The position numbers and the translations under genes were made by a program. A stretch of 64,000 bases of DNA from Candidatus Nanopelagicus sp. (lineage in GTDB: Bacteria > Actinomycetota > Actinomycetes > Nanopelagicales > Nanopelagicaceae): contig JBJTJQ010000040.1 of the NCBI GenBank assembly GCA_046095545.1, positions 9,817-73,816 of the forward strand, given 5' to 3'. Shown piece after piece: positions 28,101 through 38,158 of the stretch. Within the stretch, counting starts at the first letter, position 1. Each line of letters opens with the position of its first letter. The notes beneath the pieces were generated by a model, which did not search any database, was not told the DNA's origin, and saw only the letters and a list, made by a program, of their open reading frames with translations.

Positions 28101-28945
28101 AAATCCTCTACGGTTAACGCACCACTCCTAGCCTTACGTACAACATCTTCATAGGCTGACCAAAATTGAGCAAAATCTAACTCTTCACAACCTTTGATCG
28201 AAGGTACTAATAATTGTCTTGAACCATCTGCTTTAGCTAAGTCGATAGCAATTCCTAGGTTAATATGTTCAGGATGACCAATTGCTGGTTTCCCATCTAA
28301 TTCAGTGAAGTATGAGTTCATCTCTGGCATGGCTCTTATCGCCTTGATCATTGCGAAACCAATTAAGTGCGTGAATGAAACTTTTCCGCCGCGGCCACGC
28401 TTTAGATGATTATTAATTACAGTTCTATTGTCAATCATTAATTTGGCTGGAACAACACGAACACTTGTAGCAGTTGGTACTGTAAGGGAACCTTCCATTG
28501 ACTGTACAACACGGGCTGCTACACCTCGTATTGGTTCCACTTCTGATGCACCGGGTGTTATGAGTGTTGGAATTGGTTTCACAACTGGGTCTGCTGGTTT
28601 GAAAGATGTTTTAGAAGTTTTTTCTGGTAAATCTATTTTTTTAATTTCTGGCAGGCTTGCTTTTGCTGTAGTTTCAACGACTGTTGGTGCGGGAGCCGCC
28701 ACTGGTACTACTTGAGTTTGCTGCGATTTTGGAATCGGAGGAGTCCCCGGCTTTAGCGAATTGGACGTAGTTGAACCGTTTGAAGATTGCGCACCTTTAA
28801 AATCTGAAAAGAAGTCCCACCAAGCTTTATCAACTGAGGATGGATCGCTTTGGTAGCGTTCATACATTTCTTGGACAAGCCACTCATTTGGACCAAATGA
28901 ACCACCAAAGTGGTTAGCCGGCGTATTAGCTCCTGCTTGGCTCAC
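25181..28945 (-). CDS. kgd: Multifunctional 2-oxoglutarate decarboxylase/dehydrogenase (E2-E1 fusion)
   Basis: TYDHRIIQG acyltransferase-like domain, GMPHRGRLN, HGDAAFAGQG ThDP motif, WEAQFGDF. Confidence 0.96.
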   Translation of the reverse strand: MSQAGANTPANHFGGSFGPNEWLVQEMYERYQSDPSSVDKAWWDFFSDFKGAQSSNGSTTSNSLKPGTPPIPKSQQTQVVPVAAPAPTVVETTAKASLPEIKKIDLPEKTSKTSFKPADPVVKPIPTLITPGASEVEPIRGVAARVVQSMEGSLTVPTATSVRVVPAKLMIDNRTVINNHLKRGRGGKVSFTHLIGFAMIKAIRAMPEMNSYFTELDGKPAIGHPEHINLGIAIDLAKADGSRQLLVPSIKGCEELDFAQFWSAYEDVVRKARSGALTVEDFAGTTLSLTNPGTIGTVHSVPRLVQGQGMILGVGALDYPAEFHGTNEQTLADLAISKVVTLTSTYDHRIIQGAQSGDFLRRIHEILLGEENFYDEIFEALRIPYVPIRWVADMQFEKDDDVSKTARVQKLIDAYRTTGHLMADVEPLAYVQRSHPDLDVVNHGLSLWDLDRDFATGGFGGKPFMKLRRILGILRDSYCRTIGVEYMYIANPAERKWIQEKMEVGAPRTARDEQLRILRKLNSAEAFESFLQTKFVGQKRFSLEGGESVIPVLDAVISSAAETGLDEVCIGMPHRGRLNVLANIAGKSYGQIFQEFEGNYRENEVHGSGDVKYHLGTKGTFTAESGATTKIYLAANPSHLEAVNPVLEGIVRAKQDKLRSKAGDFTVDEQTSFPVLPILLHGDAAFAGQGVVSETLSLSLLKGYRTGGTIHIIVNNQVGFTTSPNAARSSTYSTDIAKMIQAPVFHVNGDDPEACVRIAKVAFEYRQMFNKDVVIDMICYRRRGHNEGDEPSFTQPLMYKLIEAKRSTRKLYTEALIGRGDITVEEAEEVLRDYQQQLEGVFTAVHNTEPESDPNWKAPVVPSPKIVDTAVAEADLRKIADTQSAIPSNFNVHPKLLPQLLKRTEMLNESTVDWAAGEMFAFGSLLLEGHPIRMSGQDVRRGTFSNRHAVVIDKETGAEFFPLRSLVKDPNQFHIYDSLLSEYAVMGFEYGYSVERDDALVIWEAQFGDFANGAQTIIDEFISSALQKWGERSSIVLLLPHGYEGQGPDHSSGRIERFLSLCAEQNMTVAQPSTPASYFHLLRWHMKNPTRRPLVVFEPKSMLRLKAAASGLKDFTTGKFRSFIPDDKVTNATRLIFSSGKVYYDLIAEREKLGEHSTAIARVERLYPLPIEDIVTESKKHPNATLLWVQDEPANQGPWPFVSSAVNEAFVAHEELSNRSFRRVSRRATASPATGNHHLHEEEEKALMTEAFTR

Positions 28946-29112
28946 CTATTTGACTCCCCAATTAGCACGCTTGAGTTCAATTGTTACAGGTTAATCTTAA
29001 CTGCCAGAGCGAGGTAATGTAGGCCGTCTGAGGCATAAGGGTTTAGTGAAAGTGGTCATTCGCACATCTAATGGGCTAGTAGTAGACCTTTAAAAGTGGC
29101 AAAGATAGCCCC

Positions 29113-29841
29113 ATGAATCCAAATATGAAGTGGGCGATAGTTACTGGTGGATCTCGGGGCCTTGGATATGAAACTGCCAAAGCTCTCATCTTGGCTGGAT
29201 TTTTTGTTTACATAATTGGTAAAGATGAAGAGCGTGCCCAACAAAGTGCCAAGTCACTTGGTTGCAAGTATCGAGCTGTTGATGTAGCAGACAGTGAAAA
29301 ATTTAGAAAAGTTTTAAAAGAAATTAATTTAGATGCAGCATCTAATGGATTAGGCGTACTCGATGTTTTGATCTTAGCTCACGGAGTTATGAGCGAAAAA
29401 ATGTCTAAAACTTTAAGGACTACTGATGCGGAATGGCGCCGTACGATTTCAATTAACTTAGATGCTGTTTTTACTGCAGTTAATGAATTAGCTCCTGCGA
29501 TGACTGCGGCTAGAACAGGTAGAGTTGTGATTTATTCTGCTTGTTTAGGAAGAATGTCAGGACCTGGAACTCATGGGGGTCTTGCACCTTATCGAATTAG
29601 TAAAGCGGGAGTTAATGCTTTTGTTAAAAATCTTTCCCATGAAACCGGTTTAGGCGCAAGAGGATTTTTAGTTGATGCTATTTGTCCAGGCCATTGTCGA
29701 ACCGACATGGGTGGACCAGATGCCCCTAGGAGTGCACAAGAGGGAGCTGAAACTGCAATCTGGTTAGCCACCAGAGAGTTTGACCCTACAAAAGATAAAA
29801 CGGGTCTACTTTGGGAAGATCGTCAAATAGTTGATTGGTAA
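29113..29841 (+). CDS. Short-chain dehydrogenase/reductase
   Basis: TGGSRGLG, YRISK, CPGHCRTDMGG. Confidence 0.9.
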   Translation: MNPNMKWAIVTGGSRGLGYETAKALILAGFFVYIIGKDEERAQQSAKSLGCKYRAVDVADSEKFRKVLKEINLDAASNGLGVLDVLILAHGVMSEKMSKTLRTTDAEWRRTISINLDAVFTAVNELAPAMTAARTGRVVIYSACLGRMSGPGTHGGLAPYRISKAGVNAFVKNLSHETGLGARGFLVDAICPGHCRTDMGGPDAPRSAQEGAETAIWLATREFDPTKDKTGLLWEDRQIVDW

Positions 29842-30216
29842 TTACTCTTTATAGCCAAGGGCAGCAGAGATAATTGTTATTAAAGATAGAAACAGCAATG
29901 GCACGCCAACAATTAAAAAGTTTCCAGTGATCATGTAATAAGAGACACCAAGTGCAATTAAGTTAGCTAAAACTGCTGGTGCTCGACCGAAAGAGCGAGC
30001 TTTTTGAAAACCAATTGCACACCCCCAGAGTCCTGAAGCACCTAGAGCACCAAACACTATTTCAGCTGATAGTGCCGCAGGTACGCTCACAGTTGAAATG
30101 AGTGGTGCCACTAAAAGATAAATCACTATTCCTAACAGGAGTAAGGATTCAAATTTCAACAGCCAAATTGCTCTTTTTCTACTACTTTCTAAAGAAAAAA
30201 ATCTTTTCATATTCAC
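29842..30216 (-). CDS. Small integral membrane protein (about 4 TM helices)
   Basis: Hydrophobic segments, ..RSFGRAPAV.. motif; fills the gap. Confidence 0.7.
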   Translation of the reverse strand: MNMKRFFSLESSRKRAIWLLKFESLLLLGIVIYLLVAPLISTVSVPAALSAEIVFGALGASGLWGCAIGFQKARSFGRAPAVLANLIALGVSYYMITGNFLIVGVPLLFLSLITIISAALGYKE

Positions 30217-30243
30217 ACTTAAATACTACCCTTTCATGTCATC

Positions 30244-30726
30244 ATGCATAATTATTTAGATCAGGTTCGAGAAGTATTTTTTATCAATAATGGGGAAATT
30301 GACCTATTGACTGGCTCAAGTGCACCTAATCTATTTAATCAATTAGTTAAGCGAGATATTCAACTAGCACGTAGAATAAACGTTCAACTTACTATCATTT
30401 CGTTGAATATTTGTTTAGACAGATTTGTGCAAGTTCATGGAAAAGAAAATTTAAGATTAAATTTAGAAGAGGCGTTAGTTAAATTATTTTTTGAACTAAG
30501 TCAAATATTTCGAGACTCTGATTGTATTAGTCGAGTATCACAACTAGGATTTTGGGTTTTTACAACCGGGTTAAATGAAAATTCAAGTGAAAAAGTGCTA
30601 TCTAGGATCGCTCAATCAATACCGACCTACATTGATTTAGGCATTAGCCATAAGCAAAATGATCAGAATCAGTTGGATTGGTACTCAAAAATCGACGAGT
30701 TACACTTTAAAAGTAACCTTAAGTAA
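30244..30726 (+). CDS. Degenerate stand-alone GGDEF-like domain protein
   Basis: DLLTG and FRDSDCISRVSQLGFWV align by eye with DxLTG and RxxDxxxRxGGDEF. Confidence 0.6.
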   Translation: MHNYLDQVREVFFINNGEIDLLTGSSAPNLFNQLVKRDIQLARRINVQLTIISLNICLDRFVQVHGKENLRLNLEEALVKLFFELSQIFRDSDCISRVSQLGFWVFTTGLNENSSEKVLSRIAQSIPTYIDLGISHKQNDQNQLDWYSKIDELHFKSNLK

Positions 30727-30800
30727 ATGTAATCAATCACAAAGTAATAACTGAATACACAGCCCTATAAAATTAAGCGGCGTGCCTAAATAATAGGCAA

Positions 30801-31826
30801 ATGGATAAGAAATCTACTCAGTTAAATACTTTTGGACCTCTACAGGGCTTAATTGAAGACCCAGAGGTAGAAGAGATATGGATAAATTCGCCAAGTCGAG
30901 TATTTGTGGCTCGAAGTGGGCAGAGTCAGTTAACAAATCTGATATTAACCAAAGATGTTGTACATGATCTAATTGAACGACTACTAATTTGGGGTGGTCG
31001 CAGACTTGATGTCAGTACACCGTTTGTTGATGCTCGCTTACCAGATGGCAGCAGGTTACATGTTGCAATACCTGAAGTTACAGCCTCTGAATGGGCGATC
31101 AATATAAGAAAACACTTAGGAAAAGCCAATAATTTCGAAGAGTTAATAAGTCATGGATCAATTACTATCGAAATGGCTGACTTAATTAGTAAAGCAGTTG
31201 AACTTGGATTAAACATCTTAGTTAGTGGCGGAACCCAAGCTGGCAAAACTACATTTCTAAACGCTCTCTTAGGGCAAATCTCAACCACGGAAAGAGTTAT
31301 AACAATTGAAGAAGTCTTTGAATTAAAACCAAACCTGCCGGACTGGATTGCACTCCAAACGAGAACTGCAAATTTAGAGGGTGAAGGCGAAATTTCTCTT
31401 CGCAGATTAATAAAGGAATCACTACGAATGCGGCCAAATAGGATCATCGTAGGTGAAGTCAGGGAAGCAGAAGCATTAGATTTGTTGGTTGCTCTAAATT
31501 CAGGGCTACCAGGCATGGCAACACTACACGCTAATTCAGTTCGAGGTGCAATCAACAAACTGCAATTGTTGCCGCTATTAGCTGGAGAGAATATTTCGCA
31601 AAAATTTATTACACCGACTATTGCAAGCAGTATAGATCTTGTAATTCAGTGCACTCTAGATAATGAAGGAATTAGAAGGGTTTCTGAAGTTGCAGCAATA
31701 AGCGGAAGATGTGAAGACTCCATAATTGAAATTGACTCTATATTTAAGTGGAATGGTGAAAGAATAATTAAAGGTTTGGGTAACCTAGAAAGTTTGATCT
31801 CAAAGCGAAATTTCATCAACTTATGA
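30801..31826 (+). CDS. tadA: TadA/CpaF pilus ATPase
   Basis: VDARLPDGSR, GGTQAGKTT, TIEEVFEL, LRMRPNRIIVGEVR, TLHAN. Confidence 0.92.
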   Translation: MDKKSTQLNTFGPLQGLIEDPEVEEIWINSPSRVFVARSGQSQLTNLILTKDVVHDLIERLLIWGGRRLDVSTPFVDARLPDGSRLHVAIPEVTASEWAINIRKHLGKANNFEELISHGSITIEMADLISKAVELGLNILVSGGTQAGKTTFLNALLGQISTTERVITIEEVFELKPNLPDWIALQTRTANLEGEGEISLRRLIKESLRMRPNRIIVGEVREAEALDLLVALNSGLPGMATLHANSVRGAINKLQLLPLLAGENISQKFITPTIASSIDLVIQCTLDNEGIRRVSEVAAISGRCEDSIIEIDSIFKWNGERIIKGLGNLESLISKRNFINL

Positions 31827-32485
31827 GTTTTCCAACAATAGTAATAGTTGTTCTGATTATTTCTCTTGCTTCTTTCATTGCTTATAAAATATATGTATCG
31901 AACAAAATTGCACTCAATCGCTCTAATGCTTGGCCAGAGGTTTTGGATCTAATAATTGCATCTCTGCAATCAGGGGCGTCAATTTCAGAAAGTTTATCTA
32001 CTATCGGAAAAGTTGGACCTGTCTTTGTTAGAGAACCTTTTTTGATTTTCGCTACAAAAATTGAGTCTGGCGAAAGATTTGAAGAGGCATTGAATTACTT
32101 GAAAAATGAGTTTGCAGATCCAATCTCAGATCAGCTCTTAGAAGCGCTTTATTTTGCTTCTATGTTTGGCAGTAGTAATAGCATAAAAGTTTTAAGAGAA
32201 TTATCAGAGTATGTTTCGTCAGATCTCGCTTTAAGGGGAGAGATTCAAATTAGATTTGGCTGGATAAAAAACTCAGCAAATTTAGCTGCAGTTGCTCCCT
32301 GGCTACTCTTTCTAATCTTAAGATCACAAGAAAATGCCAGAGAAGCATACGCACAAGAAGCAGGCCAGTTCATAATAATTCTAGGCGTACTAATGACATT
32401 TTTGGCTTATCTATGGATGCAAAAAATAGCCAGACTACCTAAATCTAAAAGATTATTCACACTAGAAATGTCACCGAATGAGTAA
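31823..32485 (+). CDS. tadB: TadB-like T2SS-F membrane protein
   Basis: WPEVLD..SLQSG..., C-terminal TM pair; overlaps tadA. Confidence 0.82.
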   Translation: MSFPTIVIVVLIISLASFIAYKIYVSNKIALNRSNAWPEVLDLIIASLQSGASISESLSTIGKVGPVFVREPFLIFATKIESGERFEEALNYLKNEFADPISDQLLEALYFASMFGSSNSIKVLRELSEYVSSDLALRGEIQIRFGWIKNSANLAAVAPWLLFLILRSQENAREAYAQEAGQFIIILGVLMTFLAYLWMQKIARLPKSKRLFTLEMSPNE

Positions 32486-33095
32486 GATTAATTTATACAG
32501 TTTTATACTAGTGGCCCCAGCAATAATTTTTTCAATTAGAATAATATTAGGTGAAGTAGCAAATATAATTGCAATATCTGATTATGCAAAGCAGTTAAAA
32601 TGGATTGATCAACTTCTAAAGAAAATAACCCGAACTGAGGTAAAGCAGAGTGAAATAAATGAGGAATTAGTAAGTATTTTACAAATGTTATCGATAATGG
32701 TGTCTGCTGGTGAAAGTCCAATGTCTGCTATGAAGTATGTTTCAAAAAGATCTGAAGGGATTTTGCCCCGATTAATCAAGCAAAGTTTCATAAAGTATGA
32801 AGATGGCCGAACTATTACACAGACATTAGATTTTATTGCAACCGCTACCGGTTCCTCGCAAGTTAGGAGATTAACTAATTCGATTCAAATAGCAATTCAT
32901 CGAGGAACTCCAATTCTAGAAGTTCTTAATAATCAAGTTCTTGCCCTGAATAAGCAGATCAACTTCAATTTAATGAAGCTCTCGGGCAAGAGCGAAATAA
33001 CCTTATTAATTCCAGTAGTGTTTTTAATCCTGCCAGTTTCAATAAGTTTTGCCATTTGGCCCTCAATCTATGGCTTAAACCAAGCGGGGTTTTAG
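32478..33095 (+). CDS. tadC: TadC-like T2SS-F membrane protein
   Basis: SAGESP, HRGTP, GKSEITLLIPVVFLILP. Confidence 0.82.
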   Translation: MSKINLYSFILVAPAIIFSIRIILGEVANIIAISDYAKQLKWIDQLLKKITRTEVKQSEINEELVSILQMLSIMVSAGESPMSAMKYVSKRSEGILPRLIKQSFIKYEDGRTITQTLDFIATATGSSQVRRLTNSIQIAIHRGTPILEVLNNQVLALNKQINFNLMKLSGKSEITLLIPVVFLILPVSISFAIWPSIYGLNQAGF

Positions 33096-33108
33096 TGTGA
33101 AAGGTTAG

Positions 33109-34455
<1,347 letters not shown>

Positions 34456-34480
34456 CTAAATTTAAAGTAGTATTGGAATT

Positions 34481-34601
34481 GATGTTTCCGGGGGTCGGTG
34501 CAATTCCGAACCGGCGGTAATAGTCCGCGACCCAAATGAAATTCATTTGGTTGACTTGGTGCAACTCCGAGACCGACAGTTAAAGTCTGGATAAAGGAAC
34601 A
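34481..34601 (+). promoter_or_regulatory. FMN riboswitch (RFN element)
   Basis: GGGGTCGGTGCAATTCCGAACCGGCGGT..AGTCCGCGA...GACTTGGTGCAACTCCGAGACCGACAGTTAAAGTCTGGAT conserved blocks; -10 TAGTAT at 34468. Confidence 0.95.
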
Positions 34602-34616
34602 TTTAGGAGATAGTGC

Positions 34617-35291
34617 ATGTCCATTTTAGAATGGTTATTTGAAGCACAGATTCAATTTGGAAGTAAATCAATTTCTTATCGAGAGCTAATTGGTGGCTTA
34701 CTGGGTTTATCTAGTGCGGTGTTGGGATTGAAGCGCAAAGTTTGGGCTTGGCCAGTTGGAATAACGGGAGATGCTCTTTTATTTACAGTGTTTCTAGGGG
34801 CTGTTTTTTCATTTGGCGCTGATGATCAAGAGAAGAATTTCTATGGTCAAGCGGGAAGAAACTTGTTGTTAATTTTCGTGAGTATTTACGGCTGGATTCG
34901 ATGGCATCAACATAAGCGATCTGGTGCTCCTGGAACACCTGCGGTAATACCAAGGTGGACTACAACTAGAGAAAAAATGATATTAATTCCAGGCATTGTT
35001 ATTTTTTACACTCTGGCATATCAACTGTTTAAATCCTTAGGCCAAACTGGAACCTGGCTAGCAGTTGATACCTGGATATTTACAGGTACAGCACTAGCCA
35101 CTTTTGGAATGAGCAGAGGATATGTCGAATTTTGGTTGGTTTGGGTAGCGGTAGATTTAGTTGGCGTGCCTTTTGCATTTAGCAATGGCTATTATCCAAC
35201 TGGAACTTTGTATGCAATTTATCTTCCATTTGTAATCTGGGGATTTATATCTTGGTTAAAGATTTCAAAGAAAGAAAAAGCAACTACTTAG
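34617..35291 (+). CDS. pnuX: PnuC-family riboflavin transporter (PnuX/RibM)
   Basis: WAWPVG, YGWIRW, EFWLVWVAVD PnuC motifs; directly under an FMN riboswitch. Confidence 0.88.
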   Translation: MSILEWLFEAQIQFGSKSISYRELIGGLLGLSSAVLGLKRKVWAWPVGITGDALLFTVFLGAVFSFGADDQEKNFYGQAGRNLLLIFVSIYGWIRWHQHKRSGAPGTPAVIPRWTTTREKMILIPGIVIFYTLAYQLFKSLGQTGTWLAVDTWIFTGTALATFGMSRGYVEFWLVWVAVDLVGVPFAFSNGYYPTGTLYAIYLPFVIWGFISWLKISKKEKATT

Positions 35292-35304
35292 TGAACTAAG
35301 AAGC

Positions 35305-35335
35305 AACTAGGACTGAAGAAATCTCAGTCCTAGTT
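35305..35335. terminator. Terminator hairpin between convergent pnuX and pirin genes
   Basis: AACTAGGACTGA-AGAAATC-TCAGTCCTAGTT inverted repeat. Confidence 0.75.
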
Positions 35336-35336
35336 A

Positions 35337-36386
35337 TTAACTTTCTTGCATTTCATCCGGAGTTCCGTGCACTCCCCTTAGATCTCCACCTAATTTATAT
35401 CCAATTCCATCTCTTTGAGTAGGGCGCTTAGATTTACTCCAATCAGGTGGCACCGTTCCGAGCACCCCTTTTTGAAAATCATCAAATGCTTTTAAAACCT
35501 CAGATTTAGTATTCATCACAAATGGACCCATCCAGGCAACCGGTTCATTAATCGGGAGTCCACCTAAAATTAAAACATCCAATGTTGGTGACCTAGATTC
35601 CTGATTTTTATCCGCTGCGATAACAATTAAATCACCATCGCGATAAGTAACTAGTTGACCGGTAGTAATTGGATGTTTTTCCTCACCCACTGAACCAAAA
35701 CCATTTAGAACATAAGCTAATGCGTTATAGCTTTGATTCCAAGGTAACCTTAATTCTGCTCCTGGTTGCAATGTTGCATGCACCAAAGTTATTGGTGTTT
35801 GTGTAGCGCCGGGTCCGCTATGTCCTCCAACTTCACCGGCAATAACTCTTAGTAACGCTCCGCCATCTTCAGAGGATAAAAGTGCAACATCTGAAGCAAC
35901 TAAATGTTGGTAGGCAGGCGGGGACCATTTTTTTGCAGCTGGTAAATTTACCCATAATTGAAAACCATGAAATAACCCACCACTGACTACTAAGTGCTCA
36001 GGTGGAGTCTCAATGTGCAAAATTCCACTTCCAGCAGTCATCCACTGGGTATCTCCATTAGAAATAGTTCCACCACCACCATGGTTGTCGTAATGATCAA
36101 AGATTCCATCAATAATGTAAGTAACCGTTTCAAATCCTCTATGCGGATGCCATGGCGTTCCTTTTGGTTCACCGGGGGCGTATTCAACTTCACCCATTTG
36201 ATCTAAGTGAATAAATGGATCTAAATCCGCCAAATCAACACCAGCAAATGCTCTTCTAACCGGAAAACCTTCCCCTTCGTGTCCCTGTGGAGCGGTTGTA
36301 ATACTTTTAACTCGGCGTGCACGAGCTAGTGGATCTGAGATTACGCGAGGTAGGACAGTTATATCTTTAACAGTAACTGCTGGCAA
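35337..36386 (-). CDS. Pirin family protein
   Basis: HPHRGFETVTY, WMTAGSGILHIE, QLWVNLP, GPFVMNT; TTG start with SD AGGAG. Confidence 0.93.
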   Translation of the reverse strand: MPAVTVKDITVLPRVISDPLARARRVKSITTAPQGHEGEGFPVRRAFAGVDLADLDPFIHLDQMGEVEYAPGEPKGTPWHPHRGFETVTYIIDGIFDHYDNHGGGGTISNGDTQWMTAGSGILHIETPPEHLVVSGGLFHGFQLWVNLPAAKKWSPPAYQHLVASDVALLSSEDGGALLRVIAGEVGGHSGPGATQTPITLVHATLQPGAELRLPWNQSYNALAYVLNGFGSVGEEKHPITTGQLVTYRDGDLIVIAADKNQESRSPTLDVLILGGLPINEPVAWMGPFVMNTKSEVLKAFDDFQKGVLGTVPPDWSKSKRPTQRDGIGYKLGGDLRGVHGTPDEMQES

Positions 36387-36423
36387 AATTTCTCCTATAC
36401 ATCGAAATGTCTATAAATCCTAT

Positions 36424-36449
36424 AACAAAACTGAGTTATTGCTTATTCC
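36424..36449 (-). promoter_or_regulatory. SigR/SigH-type promoter of the pirin gene
   Basis: Minus strand GGAAT (36449-36445), N18, GTT (36426-36424). Confidence 0.7.
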
Positions 36450-37835
36450 TTATAGAGCTTTAAGCGCACTCACTACTTTTGTTAGCGAATCCTTTGCATC
36501 TCCAAACAATAAAGTTGTTTTTGCTTCGTAAAGCAGATCATTTTCAATTCCTGCAAATCCTGGGCGCATAGATCTCTTAAGAAATATGACGTTTGCAGCC
36601 AGTGACACATCTAAAATTGGCATTCCATAAATAGGGCATCCAGGTGTGGTTTTTGCAGCTGGATTAACAACGTCATTGGCACCAACTACTAAAACAACAT
36701 CGGTTTGCGGAAATGTTGGATTTATTTCCTCCATCTCAACTAGTTGTTCATATGGAACATTGGCTTCGGCCAGTAAAACATTCATATGACCTGGCATACG
36801 ACCTGCAACCGGATGAATTCCATACGCAACATCAACACCTTTTGTTGAGAGTAAATCGGCTAATTCTCGAACTGTGTGTTGGGCTTGTGCAACCGCTAAT
36901 CCAAATCCTGGCACAATTACAACTCGTTGTGCGTAGTTAAGTAATATCGCGACATCATCTGCTGATCCAGATTTAACTGGCCTAGTATCAGCCTCACCAG
37001 AGCTTTGTTGAAGTTTTGCAGTAAAAGCCCCAAATAGAGTTCCAAATAAAGACCTACCCATGGCCTCTGCCATCAATTTAGTGAGAATTGTGCCTGAAGC
37101 TCCTACCAAAGTTCCAGCAATGATTAATAAAGTTGTTTGAAGTACATAACCAGATGCGGCAACAGTTAATCCAGTAAATGCATTTAATAGTGAAATCACA
37201 ATTGGGACATCTGCACCACCTACTGGTAACACAAAAAGTAAACCAAATATCAGTGATAACAAGCCATTAATCAATAATGGTGTTGTACCACCACTAATAA
37301 TTACCCACCCGCCACTTATCAGAACACCAATTAAGGTGATTGCAATTATTTGTCTACCCAAAGGAAAAACAACAGGTCTAGTTGTCATTAGCTCTTGAAG
37401 TTTAAGAAATGTAATAATAGAGCCGGAAAAGGAAATACAACCCACAATTACAGTAAAAACAGTGGCAACAACAACCGCCACAGTTGCTTCATTGCCTAAT
37501 TTTAGATATTCGACTATTGCCACCAGCGCAGCTGCACCACCTCCTACGCCGTTGAATAGTGCAACTAATTGTGGCATCTGAGTCATTTGTACTTTTCTTG
37601 CCGCAGGAACACCGACAAGCACCCCAAAACCAATAGCCGCCAAAATTAAAGTTTGATTATTTAATGCCTTGCCATTATTTGCATAAAAAAAGACAATAAC
37701 TGTGGCAATTGTTGCACCGAGTGCACCTATTAAATTACCTTTTCTCGCCGACTTTGGTGAAGACAAGCCTTTTAATGCCAATATAAAACAAATTCCCGCT
37801 GCCAGCCCAATTAGATCATAAAGGTTGCGACTCAT
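36450..37835 (-). CDS. pntB: NAD(P) transhydrogenase beta subunit
   Basis: MPQLVA, GGADVP, HPVAGRMPGHMNVLLAEA, GANDVVNPAA. Confidence 0.96.
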   Translation of the reverse strand: MSRNLYDLIGLAAGICFILALKGLSSPKSARKGNLIGALGATIATVIVFFYANNGKALNNQTLILAAIGFGVLVGVPAARKVQMTQMPQLVALFNGVGGGAAALVAIVEYLKLGNEATVAVVVATVFTVIVGCISFSGSIITFLKLQELMTTRPVVFPLGRQIIAITLIGVLISGGWVIISGGTTPLLINGLLSLIFGLLFVLPVGGADVPIVISLLNAFTGLTVAASGYVLQTTLLIIAGTLVGASGTILTKLMAEAMGRSLFGTLFGAFTAKLQQSSGEADTRPVKSGSADDVAILLNYAQRVVIVPGFGLAVAQAQHTVRELADLLSTKGVDVAYGIHPVAGRMPGHMNVLLAEANVPYEQLVEMEEINPTFPQTDVVLVVGANDVVNPAAKTTPGCPIYGMPILDVSLAANVIFLKRSMRPGFAGIENDLLYEAKTTLLFGDAKDSLTKVVSALKAL

Positions 37836-38158
37836 TTGCCTTCACCCTTAACTTTCTTTTCCTTAGGTTTGCCTTTAAACATCTGCAACATTCGATCGGT
37901 CACAACAAATCCTCCGACCATATTGATCGTTGCAAGAATCACCGCCGCAATAGCAAGTGAGATCTCTAGAGTTGTTTTTGCATGATCTGCTACCACAATT
38001 GCTCCAACCAGAATAACGCCATGAATTGCGTTTGCCCCACTCATAAGTGGCGTATGCAGAGTTGTAGAAACTTTAGAAACAACTTCAAAACCTACAAAAA
38101 TCGAGAGTAGGAAAATAGCGAGCAAGGCTATTTCATTGCTCATTAATTCATTTACCAT
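37832..38158 (-). CDS. pntAb: NAD(P) transhydrogenase alpha subunit part 2
   Basis: LHTPLMSGANAIHG, GGFVVTDRML. Confidence 0.94.
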   Translation of the reverse strand: MVNELMSNEIALLAIFLLSIFVGFEVVSKVSTTLHTPLMSGANAIHGVILVGAIVVADHAKTTLEISLAIAAVILATINMVGGFVVTDRMLQMFKGKPKEKKVKGEGK

